This document shows, piece after piece, positions 11,701-24,500 of a DNA stretch of 64,000 nt. The DNA is from Macrostomum hystrix. Lineage: Eukaryota > Animalia > Platyhelminthes. The notes under the pieces are model-generated. The model was not told the DNA's origin and ran no database searches. It saw only the letters and a list, made by a program, of their open reading frames with translations. The stretch is taken from contig CATNEN010000038.1 of the NCBI GenBank assembly GCA_950097015.1, positions 24,924,001-24,988,000 of the forward strand, read 5' to 3'. Positions within the stretch are counted from its first letter, which is position 1. Every line of letters begins with the position of its first letter. A program made the translations under genes and the position numbers.

Positions 11701-12725
11701 TCCCTAACCCTCCCCCAATGTACTCTATCCCTAACCCTCCCCCAATGTACTCTATCCCTAACCCTCCCCCAATGTACTCTATCCCTAAACCTCCCCCAAT
11801 GTACTCTATCCTTAACCCTCGACGCCAATGTACACTATCCCTAACCCTCGCCGCCAATGTACACTCTCACTCCGAATGTACACTATCCCTAACCCTCAGC
11901 CCCCAATGTACTCTATCCCTAACCCTCCCCCAATGTACACTATCCCTAACCCTCGCCGCCAATGTACACTCTCACTCCGAATGTACACTATCCCTAACCC
12001 TCAGCCCCCCAATGTACTCTATGCCTAACCCTCCCCCAATGTATACTATCCCTAACCCTCGCCGCCAATGTACACTATCCCTAACCCTCACCCCCAATGT
12101 ACACTATCCCTAACCCTCCCCCAATGTACACTATCCCTAACCCTCGCCGCCAATGTACACTCTCACTCCGAATGTACACTATCCCTAACCCTCAGACGCA
12201 TCGACAGTCAAAACAGTCGCTGACTGCAGCGTTTGTGGTTCGCCGCCAGTCACTAGCGATAATAGCCGTCTGCTCGATTGGATAAATCGTTTAACTAACG
12301 AAATCTCAATCAGTGCCAGCGAACAAGGAGCAATAACTCGTAGAAAAGCTTTGCTTAACAATCCTGAGAATCCGTTGCACGCCGAGCATCGGCTGTCAAC
12401 TCAACTTTACGAGACTCTGTACTCAGATTGTCTATGTCGCGATGAGTTCTCTGAGGCCAAGCGTATTGGCGAGTCAATTCTGTTGCCGGCTAGAAAGCGT
12501 CACTTATCAGCCGCGTCGCCATGGCAACATGACACCGGCCTGTTGCACTTCGAGCTGGGCGAACTGGATAATAGCGCTTTGCGCCTGCGCTCGGCCCTGA
12601 GTCATTTTGAACAGGCCGAAGCCATCTTCAATGTGACAGTGGAGCCGGATGCTTCTGTTCTGCTGCAGCTAAAGCAACAGATTGTCAAATTGAAGACTGA
12701 AATTTTGGCTCTTGAACAAATTTGA
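5789..12725 (+). CDS. SMYD-family (SMYD2/3-like) SET and MYND domain lysine methyltransferase, ~464 aa
   Basis: Exons 5789-5929, 6716-7126, 8452-8764, 12196-12725 with consistent phases. MYND CDHC...CSACK|[21 protein letters not shown]; SET NSF...DHSCQPN...VNY; post-[13 protein letters not shown]; helical C-terminal domain. Confidence 0.88.
6058..6695. repeat. 22-bp minisatellite CACTCAGTGTCAGCCCCTGTGT, SMYD intron 1
   Basis: About 12 perfect copies decaying into variants. Confidence 0.95.
7171..7699. mobile_element. Non-autonomous DNA element (piggyBac-type MITE), copy 1
   Basis: Homologous to 39804-40387; imperfect TIRs (CATTAGAACTACC... / ...GGTTGTCCAATTG); TTAA at the right flank. Confidence 0.65.
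7721..8150. repeat. 64-bp tandem repeat, SMYD intron 2
   Basis: About 6.7 near-identical copies starting ATCTAGCTAAATAAAAAGTAACGC. Confidence 0.95.
8909..11526 (-). mobile_element. 5'-truncated non-LTR retrotransposon (RT + RNase H + CCHC; LOA/R1-group-like) in SMYD intron 3
   Basis: Uninterrupted ORF ending at 9027: [42 protein letters not shown]; RNase H YTDGS..SDSQAAL..WIPGH..GNEMAD; CxxC..H..C. Tail (TAAGTCAAG)n. 12-bp TSD TCCCTAAGACTC at 8897-8908 and 11527-11538. Confidence 0.93.
11539..12195. repeat. ~27-bp variable minisatellite TAC(A/T)CTATCCCTAACCCTCCCCCAATG (telomere-like CCCTAA), SMYD intron 3
   Basis: Tandem variants; a degenerate unit also lies left of the LINE at 8851-8895; the last unit supplies the 3' splice site. 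Confidence 0.93.
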
Positions 12726-12919
12726 CCTCTCGTTCGTGTCGTTGGTGTAGTTTTTTTTTCTCGATTCTATTGTGCTCAAATTTCGCACATTCAATATTGC
12801 TTACCCCTGTGTTTTATCTGCTACTTTTTATCGTCTAAGAAATATTAAATACATCGCAGTTCAATACGCTTTCAATATTGATTATTTTTGTACCCTATTG
12901 CATTTGATAAGCCTATGTC

Positions 12920-13335
12920 TAGATCTGATTGATAGATCTGATTTAGGTCCTAATGGATAGATCTGGTATAGATACTAATTGATAGATCTGGTATAGATAC
13001 TAATTGATAGATATGATATAGATGCTAATTAATAGATCTGGTATCGATACTAATTGATAGATCGGGTATACGTAGATACTAATTGATAGATCTGGTATAG
13101 ATACTAATTGATAGATATGATATCGATACTAATTGATAGATCGGGTATACGTAGATACTAATTGATAGATCTGGTATCGATACTCATTGATAGATCGGGT
13201 ATACGTAGATACTAATTGATAGATCTGGTATCGATACTAATTGATAGATCTGGTATAGATACTAATTGATAGATCTGGTATCGATACTAATTGATAGATC
13301 TAGTATCGATGCTAATTGATAGATCTAGTATAGAT
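12920..13335. repeat. 25/29-bp minisatellite TAGATACTAATTGATAGATCTGGTA between SMYD and Lon
   Basis: About 15 tandem copies. Confidence 0.92.
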
Positions 13336-13455
13336 TTTTTTTTTGATCTGATGATGACATTTAATTCATTCTCTAATTATTTCAGCCGTTAAAACAAATC
13401 ACACTATTATAATCCTGTTATTTTCCCATATCTATCGAAGACATTGCCGACTGAA

Positions 13456-16400
13456 ATGTCGTCGCAAGTTCTTGCGCATCGCATTGTAGCCGCTGTCGAT
13501 AGTCGATTAACTCCTCAGCTTCTGCTGCTGCGAAGATTCGCTACTCCGTGTTTGATTAGAAAAACAAATCACTGTGCCTCAGTGCGGCTAAGTCGTCCAT
13601 CTGCTTCGAAATTATCCGCTTCTTTTGCCGCTTCAAACAAATTTAACCTACTATTGCGCAACAACAATGATTTCATGCGGAGTTCGAGTCGATTCTACTG
13701 CTCAAAGCCTGGCTCAGGCGATGACTCAGCGGCGTCGTCCGCTGGTTCACCTGGCGATGGAGACGATTCTGGCGACTCGGCTAACGGTGTGAACTTTTCT
13801 GCTGATGAATAGCATTGGGGAAATTCACTTTCAATATTATGGGAAAATTCTCATGATTTGTGATTTGAATATAATGGGAAATTTCTCCAGATTTGGAATT
13901 AGTTTATTATGGGAAATTTCTCCTGATTTGGGATTTTAATATTATAGGAAATCCTACGTATTTGAGATTTTGATATTGTGGGAAAATTCTCCAGCTTATG
14001 GGATTTGAATATTATGGGAAAATTCTCCAGCTTATGGGATTTGAATATTATGGGAAAATTCTCCTGCTTATGGGATTTGAATATTATGGGAAAAGTTCAG
14101 ATTTTTTATTTAACTATTATGGGAAAATTCTCCCGATTATGGATGGGATTTCAGATATTGTGGGAAAATTCTCGTGACTTGTGATTTTTATATTCTGGAA
14201 AAAATCTACTGCTTTACGAGTTGGATAGTATCGGAAATAATTTATGTTTTAGGATTTTTAGGGAAATTCTCCTTAGTCGGTATTTAAATATTTTGGCAAC
14301 TTGTCTTTCTTTGGGACTTTTAGATTTAGACTAATCAGGTGTTTGTGATTTAGAGACTATAAAGGAAATCGCGTTGCTCTATAAGCGTTGGCATTATTAT
14401 TCTTGAACTAGTTTGGGCCCAGATCCCACTTTGGAATGTGGCATTTTTTTCGTCAAAAATGATTTCCAGATTAAATTCATTTATATATTACAAGATTCTC
14501 TGACTTTAGAAAATGTCTTATAAACTAAAAAAATAAACGTAGAAATTTGTTATACTTTAATGTCCCCTTATAATGTCTCTCTTCTATAGGGAACGATGGC
14601 AGCGGTGGCGGAAGCGGTCGTTCGCCACCTCCGCCCCTGTTCTCCCACGGTCCTGGCCAGATGGCCCTGACAGTGAACGCTGTGCCAGAAAATTTCCCAG
14701 TCGTGCCAACCATTGTGATAACAAAGAATCCTGTGTTTCCAAAATTCGTTCGCCTCATCGAATTAGAAGATCCTCAACTGATTCGTCTAATTATGCGTCG
14801 TGTTCACTTGGGCCTGCCATATGCCGGCGTGTTTCTAAAACGAAGCTCCACCGATGACGCCAATAATCCTCAGCAGGCTGCTGAATCGTTGGACGACATT
14901 TACAGGGTTGGCACTTTCGTCCAAATCACTGAGCTACAAGATCTGGGCGATAAGCTTCGACTGTTACTGATTGGACATAGACGAATTCAGATTGTGAAAC
15001 AGGTGAAATAATTACATTTTATACATCTATTACGTCAAACTAACCTATAAGAGTGTTTTTAAATGAGAGAATAATAAAACGGCCCTTTTTAGGTCCACCA
15101 CTTTTCGTCACTAATTAGCCAATGCGTTTGTTTCAGGTTGAAGAAGAGAGCCACGGTCAGCCACATCAGTCGTCATCGTCGGATGCGTCAACAGCTGCCA
15201 CTTCTGCTAGTCAGAGTAGCACTAACGGTCGCAAGAAAGGAGGCAAGTAGATAATTAGTTATTTTTTTGCTTACTTTAACTCAATTTTGTAATGCTGTCA
15301 AACAGTACAGGCTCCGTCATAAGTTGTAAAATTACTAAATATAGGTGCCTGAAATATTACAATGCTTCAGTTATGGGTATGTCAATGCTGTAATGGATTC
15401 AGTAGGATAATGTAACGAGTAGTGTCAGATGCTGTAACGGGTACTGTAAGATGCTGTAACGGGTACTGTAAGATGCTGTAACGGGTACTGTAAGATGCTG
15501 TAACGGGTACTGTAAGATGCTGTAACGGGTACTGTAAGATGCTGTAACGGGTACTGTAAGATGCTGTGATGGGTTCTGTAAGATGCTGTGATGGGTTCTG
15601 TAATATTCTATAGTGGGTTCTGTAATATTCTGTAGTGGGTTCTGTAAGATGCTGTAATGAGTACTGTCAAATATAGTAATGAGTGCTGTCAGATACTGTA
15701 GTGAGTACTGCAACATGCTGTAATGAGTACTGTCAGATACTGTTGTGAGTACTGCAACATGCTGTAATGAGTACTGTCAGATACTGTAGTGAGTACTGCA
15801 ACATGCTGTAATGAGTACTGTCAGATACTGTAGTGAGTACTGCAACATGCTGTAATGAGTACTGTCAGATACTGTTGTGAGTACTGCAACATGCTGTAAT
15901 GAGTACTGTCAGACACTGTAGTGAGTACTGCAACATGCTGTAATAAGTACTGTCAGATACTGTTGTGAGTACTGCAACATGCTGTAATGAGTACTATGAG
16001 ATACTGTAATTGGTAAGTGTCATATTTTTAGGAGTGCTGTAAGATACTTTTAGAAGAGTGTAATGTAAAATACGTGTAATGAGGTCTGTACGATACCGTT
16101 AAGTTTTATTGTCAGCTATACTGTAATCAGTAAAAGGTATTAAAATTCTATTTTGTAGCTAATTGCCTGCGGTTTTATGATCTACTAACTCTTAATACAT
16201 TTTCATCTTCAAAATCAGCCTCCAAAAGCGGCTTCCGTCTCGGCTCCCTGGCCGGTTTCAATGGTCGCCTCTCAGGTCAGCAACAATCTTCGGGCATCGA
16301 CGAGTCAGCAGCGGTTCAGCCAGACTTATCTGCGTCTGACGACGGTGGCGCAACAAAGACTGGCGGCCGAGTCCTCTTAGTTGAAACTGTGAATTGTTAT

Positions 16401-19400
16401 CACAACGAATTCGCGCACAGCTCGGAGATTAAAGCCTTAACAGCGGAGATTGTGAAAACTATTCGAGATCTAATCTCATTGAATCCGATGTATCGCGAGA
16501 CAGTATTGGCTATGCTAGCCACCGGTCAGAAGGTAGTTGACGATCCTATCTACCTGTGCGATCTAGGCGCCGCGTTGTGTTCGTCTAGCGAACCGCCCGA
16601 ATATCAGGCCATCCTTGAAGAGCCAGATGTTCGCCAACGCCTCCTGCTGTCATTGTCGATGCTGAAAAAGGAATTAGAAATGTCCAGATTGCAGCATAAG
16701 ATTGGCAAAGAGGTTGAAGAGAAAGTCAAAGAGCAGCATCGAAAGTACATGCTGCAGGAACAGTTGAAAGCTATCAAAAAGGAACTCGGCTTGGAGAAAG
16801 AAGACAAAGACGCCATTGGAGAGAAGTTCAGAGCTCGCCTTGCCAATTTAACTGTACCGGCCCATGTTAGCGAGGTCATTAACGAAGAGTTGAATAAATT
16901 GAGCTTCTTAGACAATCATTCGTCTGAGTTCAATGTGACTAGAAATTACTTGGACTGGCTAACTAGCCTACCCTGGGGTGTATTCAGCGAAGAGAACTTG
17001 GATTTGGCCAGGGCCAGGTGAGTTGCACACCTACTAACTATGCACCAATTATGCTAGCCAATGTTGGCATTTTCTATATTTTACCTAGAGATTGATACAT
17101 GATTTATTAAGATTTAGATGGGATTTATTAAGATTTCGATGAGATTTATTAAGATTTAGATGGGATTTATTAAGATTTCGATGAGATTTATTAAGATTTA
17201 GATGGGATTTATTAAGATTTCGATGAAATTTATTAAGATTTAGATGGGATTTATTAAGATTTAGATGGGATTTATTAATATTTCAATGAGATTTATTAAG
17301 ATTTAGATGGGATTTATTGAGATTTCGATGAGATTTATTAAGATTTAGATGGGATTTATTAAGATTTCGATGGGATTTATTAAGATTTAGATGGGATTTA
17401 TTGAGATTTAGATGGGATTTATTGAGATTTCTATGAGATTTATTAAGATTTAGATGAGATTTATTGAGATTTCGATGACATTTATTAAGATTTAGATGAG
17501 ATTTATTGAGATTTCGATGAGATTTATTAGGATTTCGATGGGATTTATTGAGATTTCGATGAGATTTATTAAGATTTAGATGGGATTTATTGAGATTTCG
17601 ATGAGATTTATTAAGATTTAGATGGGATTTATTGAGATTTCGATGAGATTTATTGAGATTTCGATGAGATTTATTAAGATTTAGATGAGATTTATTGAGA
17701 TTTCTATGAGATTTATTAAGATTTAGATGAGATTTATTGAGATTTCGATGAGATTTGTTGAGATTTCTATGAGATTTATTGAGACTTCGATGAGATTTGT
17801 TGAGATTTCGTTGAAAATTATTGAGATTTAATGGAGAATTATTGAGATCTCGATGAGGTTTATTGAGACTTCGATGAGGTTTATTGAGACTTCGATGAGA
17901 TTTCGATGAGATTTGTTGAGACTTCGATGAGATTTGTTGAGACTTCGATGATATTTATTGAGGTTTCAATGAAGTTACTTGAGGTTTCAATGATAACTAG
18001 TATTGCTGGCACGAGATATTGCTCGTATAGACAGATTGTATCGATTGTATAGATATAGATATAGCTCGTACAAGATATTGCTAATATTGCTCGTATAATC
18101 AGAAATTATTCTTAAGACTAGAATGAGTGATTATGCTTCCAGTATGAAAGAGGATTACAGATTCTACGAGATAAAAATAAAAGTTTCCATGAGATAATGA
18201 AAGATTCTAATAGTTTAGAATTATATCAGATAATATTATTATCAGATGTTATAACATACATACATAATTATGTATCAGCATAAAATCATGTCAGATTAGA
18301 CTAAATATAATCAGTCAATGATATACCAGCTGTCAGTACAACATCAGCCATTTGAAACCCTTCGCAGAGCCATCCTTGAGCAAGATCACTACGGCATGCA
18401 GGATGTTAAAAGTAGAATACTAGAATTTATCGCCGTTAGCCAGTTGAAAGGCAGTACCCAGGGCAAGATCCTGTGCTTCCACGGTCCGCCAGGTGTTGGC
18501 AAAACCTCAATTGCGCGTTCAATAGCCGCTGCTTTGAATCGTAAATATTTTCGCTTCTCAGTTGGCGGCATGTCCGACGTTAGCGAGATCAAGGGCCATC
18601 GCCGGACTTACGTAGGCGCTATGCCGGGCAAACTCATCCAGTGCTTGAAGAAGACTAAAACTGAGAATCCGCTAATATTAATCGACGAAATTGACAAGCT
18701 CGGTCGCGGCTGGCAGGGTGATCCGTCTTCGGCCCTACTGGAACTGCTGGATCCTGAGCAGAATGTCAACTTTCTGGATCACTATCTGGATGTTACTGTG
18801 GACCTGTCCAAGGTGTTGTTCATATGTACGGCTAACACCCTGGATACTATTCCCGAGCCTTTAAGAGATCGAATGGAGATGATCGAAGTTAGCGGGTAAG
18901 CCACTTGCTTCTACTCGTAGTAGTAATAATAATAATAATAATTGTTGCAGCAGGGCTGCGGGCAATGGCACATCATTTGGTGACACTAGACCCGCAGCCA
19001 GCGAGGAGGCAATTCTGCCCATTTCGCTGGCTCCTGAGCACACTCGCACACAGACACTGTACGCAGGCATACACTGTCATGTTCTGTGGATGATACTGCC
19101 ACAGGTACTGTAGATGATACTGTCACAGGTACTGTAGATGATGCTGTCACAGGTACTGTAGATGATACTGTCACAGGTACTGTAGATGATACTGTCACGG
19201 GTACTGTAGATGATACTGTCACGGGTACTGTAGATGATACTGTCACGGGTACTGTAGATGATACTGTCACGGGTACTGTAGATGATACTGTCACGGGTAC
19301 TGTAGATGATACTGTCACAGGTACTCTAGATGATGCTGTCACAGGTACTGTAGATGATGCTGTCACAGGTACTGTAGATGATGCTGTCACAGGTACTGTA

Positions 19401-20397
19401 GATAATGCTGTCACAGCATCAGTTACTGTAGATGACTACAAAAAATCGTTCCAGCTACGTCGCCGAAGAGAAAGTGAACATCGCTCAAAAGTACCTGATC
19501 CCGGAGGTGCTGGAAGCTAGTGGTCTGAGCGCCGATCAGGTAACATTAACTGACGCAGCCCTCAACGCTCTGATCAGTCGCTATTGTCGCGAGTCGGGCG
19601 TTAGAAATTTGAAAAAGCACATTGAAAAATTGTTGCGCAAAGTGGCTTATCGTCTAGTGGATTCTAACAAAGACTCCACCTCCGGCGTCACTACCATAGA
19701 CGATGCCAGCTTAGTGGATTACGTTGGCAAGCCGGTATTTAGTCGCGATCGACTCTATGACGTCACACCTCCTGGCGTTGTTATGGGCCTTGCCTGGACC
19801 TCAATGGGCGGCGCCGCCCTATTCGTGGAGACCATTCTGAAGACTCCGCCAAATGTTTTAGTTAAGAAAAGCGGCGACAATGGCGCACCGGTTGCTGGTC
19901 CTGCTCCATCTGGCAGCTTGGAACTGACTGGCCATCTTGGGGATGTCATGAAGGAATCAGTGCGCATTGCTCACACCTATGCTCAGTCGTTTCTGACACG
20001 CCTAGATCCCGATAATAACATACTGCGTCAGGGCGTTATTCACATTCACGTGCCGGAGGGCGCCACGCCGAAGGATGGACCTAGCGCTGGCATCACCATG
20101 GCAACCGGACTGCTTAGCATGGCTCTAGACACGCCTGTCTGTCAGGAGACGGCTATGACCGGCGAGTTAAGCTTGACAGGAAAAATTATGCCAGTCGGCG
20201 GCATCAAAGAGAAAGTGATTGCTGCTAAGCGAGCTGGCGTCTCCACCGTTATCCTTCCGGAAGATAATCGCAAAGATTACGCCGATTTGCCTGAATTTTT
20301 AAGAGCGGGTGTTTGCGCTCATTTTGTTGCTCACTTTACTGAAGCATTTCCGCTTCTATTCCCTGAAAAGGCTGGCCTACTGAAGCCCAAGAATTAA
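13456..20397 (+). CDS. LONP1: Mitochondrial Lon protease, ~1039 aa
   Basis: Exons 13456-13786, 14590-15002, 15137-15242, 16219-17017, 18368-18895, 19455-20397. Arg/Ser-rich N-terminal presequence; Walker A GPPGVGKT; Walker B LILIDEID; catalytic PKDGPSAG and GGIKEK; no C-terminal SKL. Confidence 0.95.
13820..14280. repeat. Degenerate ~36-bp tandem repeat, Lon intron 1
   Basis: Recurrent GGGATTTGAATATTATGGGAAAATTCTCC. Confidence 0.8.
15425..16010. repeat. 22-bp (then 44-bp dimeric) minisatellite GATGCTGTAACGGGTACTGTAA, Lon intron 3
   Basis: Tandem copies with a change of unit mid-array. Confidence 0.92.
17099..17992. repeat. 21-bp minisatellite GATTTATTAAGATTT(A/C)GATG(G/A), Lon intron 4
   Basis: About 40 copies, alternating variants. 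Confidence 0.95.
18921..19075 (-). mobile_element. SINE family A, 3' fragment, Lon intron 5
   Basis: Matches 58825-58960; (TTA)n tail at 18921-18942. Confidence 0.75.
19088..19435. repeat. 24-bp minisatellite GATGATACTGTCAC(A/G)GGTACTGTA, Lon intron 5
   Basis: About 14 copies. Confidence 0.95.
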
Positions 20398-21522
20398 AAC
20401 TTGTTATCTACCTGTTCACTGTGGTTTGTGTTAGAGCTCATTTATAATCGTGACGATCCATTCATAGCCGTGTTAGTTGTTGTTAAACATCTTTTGAAAA
20501 ATAATATGTAGCTTTTACTTAGAGTCTAGATGAACAATAACTTTAGGGAAAATATTTTTGCGCTTATATAGAATATAAATTCTCCCAGGCTTACAAATTA
20601 TCCCTTTAGTTTATAAACTTCCCTATTAGTTAACAATTTATCCCCTAATTTTGCCAAATATCACCAGCGCTTGCAAATAATATCTCCTAGTTTGAGAATT
20701 ATCCACTAGACTTGAAACTTTACAAGCTTTTCCAGTTTGAATTCCGTATAAGCTACCTGTTAAAACAAATTAGTGCCATAAATTTCATCTCTAGCAGAAA
20801 ACGTGTCTACCATTTGCGCAAAATACAATTAGTATCTTGCGTAGAGTTTAACAAAAACTTTAAATAATTTACGCATTTTGTTTTTTCTCCTTCGTCTTGT
20901 TGAAGCGGTTCAATTATATTGAAACAAAATATATGCAACTGCAAATAGTTCTTGCGATTTCTTGAATAGATTTCGCGTCTTCTTGACAATTCATTTTTTA
21001 ATCTACTATTAGCTTTGATCTACTTGCAGTAGTTACAATTAATCACAGGATTTTAACATTCAACTGTAATTTGAGATGTTGGAAATCTTTAAAAAAGAAG
21101 ATATGATATAGTCTACCTTTCTTTACTTTCTTTCTCGTCTCAATTTCATTGGCTCGTTCTATTTTGATAAGATAATTTTAGCTTGCGTCAAAACTGAGTG
21201 GTGAGACTCGGTAGAAAGACAAAAAAAGACTCAATCTTTTTTGTAGTAGTTTATCTAATTTCAAAGATTTCTATTTGCATATTTGCAGTGGGTCAACTTT
21301 GCCTCACAGAATCTATCTAGGGTCTTGTGAAATGTCTGCTTCTAGTAGAAGTTTCTTCAACCACCACCTAAGTTTAGTCTCTAGGGCCCTTTAGCTCCAA
21401 ACTCATGTGTATATAAAGACTGTCCACTGTAAGCAAAAAAATTGCTCTCATTTTCAGATTTAAGGTCTCACAATAAATTAATATAAAAATTATTTTTTCA
21501 GTAACCAATTACTAACAAAGAC

Positions 21523-24500
21523 ATGGCCGACAACAAGCGAGACAAAGCCACTGAGCAACTGAGAGATTGGCAAAAGACTGCCGAGGTAAAATTAAACTTG
21601 ATTGACTGGCATATTATTTATTGTACGCGAGCAATGCACACTTTCCCCTGTCCATGGACTAAACATACACAGACATTAGATGTGTCCTTAAATAGCGTTA
21701 TGTAACAGAACTGGACTTGTTTGTAATGTCTACACGTATCAAATTTTTAGACGTTTAATAGGCTTCTTTGAAGCATTGAATCCGTTGTCTATGGTTCAAA
21801 CAGTCTGCATTCCGAGGCAATTAAATCATCGAATTGTCCCACGGGGCAATCGGATTGCATATAAAATCAGCGCTGCTTAATTCATCATAGTCTATGGCTA
21901 AAAGTCCGAAGATAGATTTATTGGTCTCGAGGCGAGCCAGCGAAGCGACTTTTCAGCCATAGACTATGATGAATAAAATGGGTGTTTAGATTACGTAACC
22001 ACAGTTTAGAGAATTCAAAAGCAACTAAGCTTTGCTTTTCGGTCCATAGAAGTCCATGATAAATCTAACCGACTTAAAGGTTAAGTGTGGCCATAGACAA
22101 AATTTAAAAAAAATATCGTCTTCTCCGTTCATATATTATTTAGGTTTTTTTCACTTCAAGTCCTCGATTACTACTTATCGTTTTAGCAATCAGTAGTTTA
22201 AACGTTTTTAATCTAATTTTCAATTTCATATTTACTAAAAAAACTAACCACAGGCCAGTCGCATTACAACTAGCACTGGCGCCCCGATTGGCAACAAGAG
22301 CAATTCGCTCACCGTTGGGCCCAGGGGCCCCCTGCTGCTGCAGGATTTTCAATTTCTGGACGAGATGGCCCACTTTGGTAGGGAGCGAATCCCCGAGAGA
22401 GTCGTTCACGCCAAGGGAGCCGGTGAGTTGTGGGAAGGGGATTTGTTTGATGATTATAGAAAGGCTTGGGATTCGACGAAGTTAGGGAGTTTGAGAAGTT
22501 TTTGGTATTCGTATGATACTGGGATTTTGGAAAGGATTGGGATTTCTTAGATACTGGTATTTTGGAAAGGATTGGGATTCCTTAGATACTGGAATTTCGG
22601 CAAGGATTGGGATTCCTTCGATGCTGGGATTTCGGCAAGGATTGGGATTCCTTCGATGCTGGGATTTTGGCAAGGATTGGGATTCCTTAGATACTGGGAT
22701 TTTGGAAAGGATTGGGATTCCTTAGATACTGTGATTTTGGAAAGGATTGGGATTCCTTAAATACTGGGATTTTGGAAAGGATTGGGATTCCTTCGATGCT
22801 GGGATTTTGGAAAGGATTGGGATTCCTTCGATGCTGGGATTTTGGAAAGGATTGGGATTCCTTAGATACTGGGATTTTGGCAAGGATTGGGATTCGTTCG
22901 ATGCTGGGATTTTGGAAAGGATTGGGATTCCTTCGATGCTGGGATTTTGGAAAGGATTGGGATTCCTTCGATGCTGGGATTTTGGAAAGGATTTGGATTC
23001 CTTAGATACTGGGATTTTGGCAAGGATTGGGATTCGTAGGGCACTGGGATTTTGGAAAGGATTGGGATTCCTTAGATACTGTGATTTTGGCAATGATTAG
23101 GATCTGTTTAATTTTAGGACTTACAAGTTTATAATATTTTAGTAAGAATCAAGACTTTTTAGATTTTGGGATTTCGAGAAAGACTAGGATTCGACGGATT
23201 AAATGTCTCCAACCTGTAAATAATGATAGTGAAAGTTAAAGCCAGTTTTTTATTATATTTTAGGCGCTTTTGGCTACTTTGAATGCACGGACAATGTCAC
23301 CAAGTACACCTGCCTGAAGCCGTTTGAATCCATTGGAAAGAAGACGCCGGTTGCCATTCGTTTCTCTACTGTTGGTGAGTAGTGAAGCAGTAGCTTGTGT
23401 GTGTTGGAACAATTTGTTTAATTGAAAATGTACTTTTATTTTTATGCAGGCGGCGAAAGTGGCAGCGCCGATACGGCGCGCGACCCGCGCGGCTTCGCTT
23501 TGAAATTCTACACCGAGGACGGCAATTGGGATCTGGTCGGCAATAATACGCCAATCTTCTTCATCCGGGATCCGCAGTTGTTTCCGCACTTTATTCACAC
23601 TCAGAAGCGAAATCCTCAGACTCACTTGAAAGATCCCGACATGTTTTGGGATTTTATTAGCTTACGACCTGAGACATGTCATCAGGTCAGCTTCTTGTTC
23701 TCCGATAGAGGTGAGTGGATCACGTGATATTGGCCAGGTAGATCACGTGATATTGGGAATGTAGATCACGTGATTTTGGGCAGGTAGATCACGTTATATT
23801 GGGCAGGTAGATCACGTTATATTGGGCAGGTAGATCACGTTATATTGGGCAGGTAAAACACGTGATATTGGGCAGGTAAGTCACGTGATATTGGGCAGGT
23901 AGATCACGTGATATTGGGCAGGTTGATCATGTCAATGGATGCAGGTAGATCATGTCAATGGATGCAGGTAGATCATGTCAATGGATGCAGGTAGATCATG
24001 TCAATGGATGCAGGTAGATCATGTCAATGGATGCAGGTAGATCATGTCAATGGATGCAGGTAGATCATGTGAGTTGCTGCAAGTAGATTGTATCTCTAAT
24101 GCATCGCCATGGTGTTTGTTGCCAGGCACTCCTGACGGCTATCGCCACATGAACGGCTACGGCTCGCACACCTTCAAGCTCGTGAACGCATCTGGCGAGG
24201 CTGCCTATTGTAAATTTCACTTCAAAACCGACCAGGGCATCAAGAACCTGTCCGCCGAGCGGGCCGACCAGCTAGCCTCCAGCGATCCCGACTATGCCAT
24301 CAGGGATTTGTACAACGCCATAGCCGAAGGTCGTTATCCGTCTTGGACGCTTTACCTACAGATCATGTCGCTGAAGGAAGCCGACGAAGTTGATTTCAAT
24401 CCGTTTGATTTGACCAAAGTATGGCCCCACGGTCGCTGGCCTCTGATTAAGGTTGGCAAACTTGTCCTCAATAAGAATCCGGAGAACTACTTTGCCGACG

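Noticed and set aside
11539-12195. Telomere or interstitial (TTAGGG)n tract
   Set aside because: CCCTAA occurs once per ~27-bp unit, not as a pure hexamer array.
13456-20397. Lon as peroxisomal LONP2 co-located with catalase, or as a bacterial gene
   Set aside because: It has spliceosomal introns, a mitochondrial-type presequence and no PTS1 (ends PKN).
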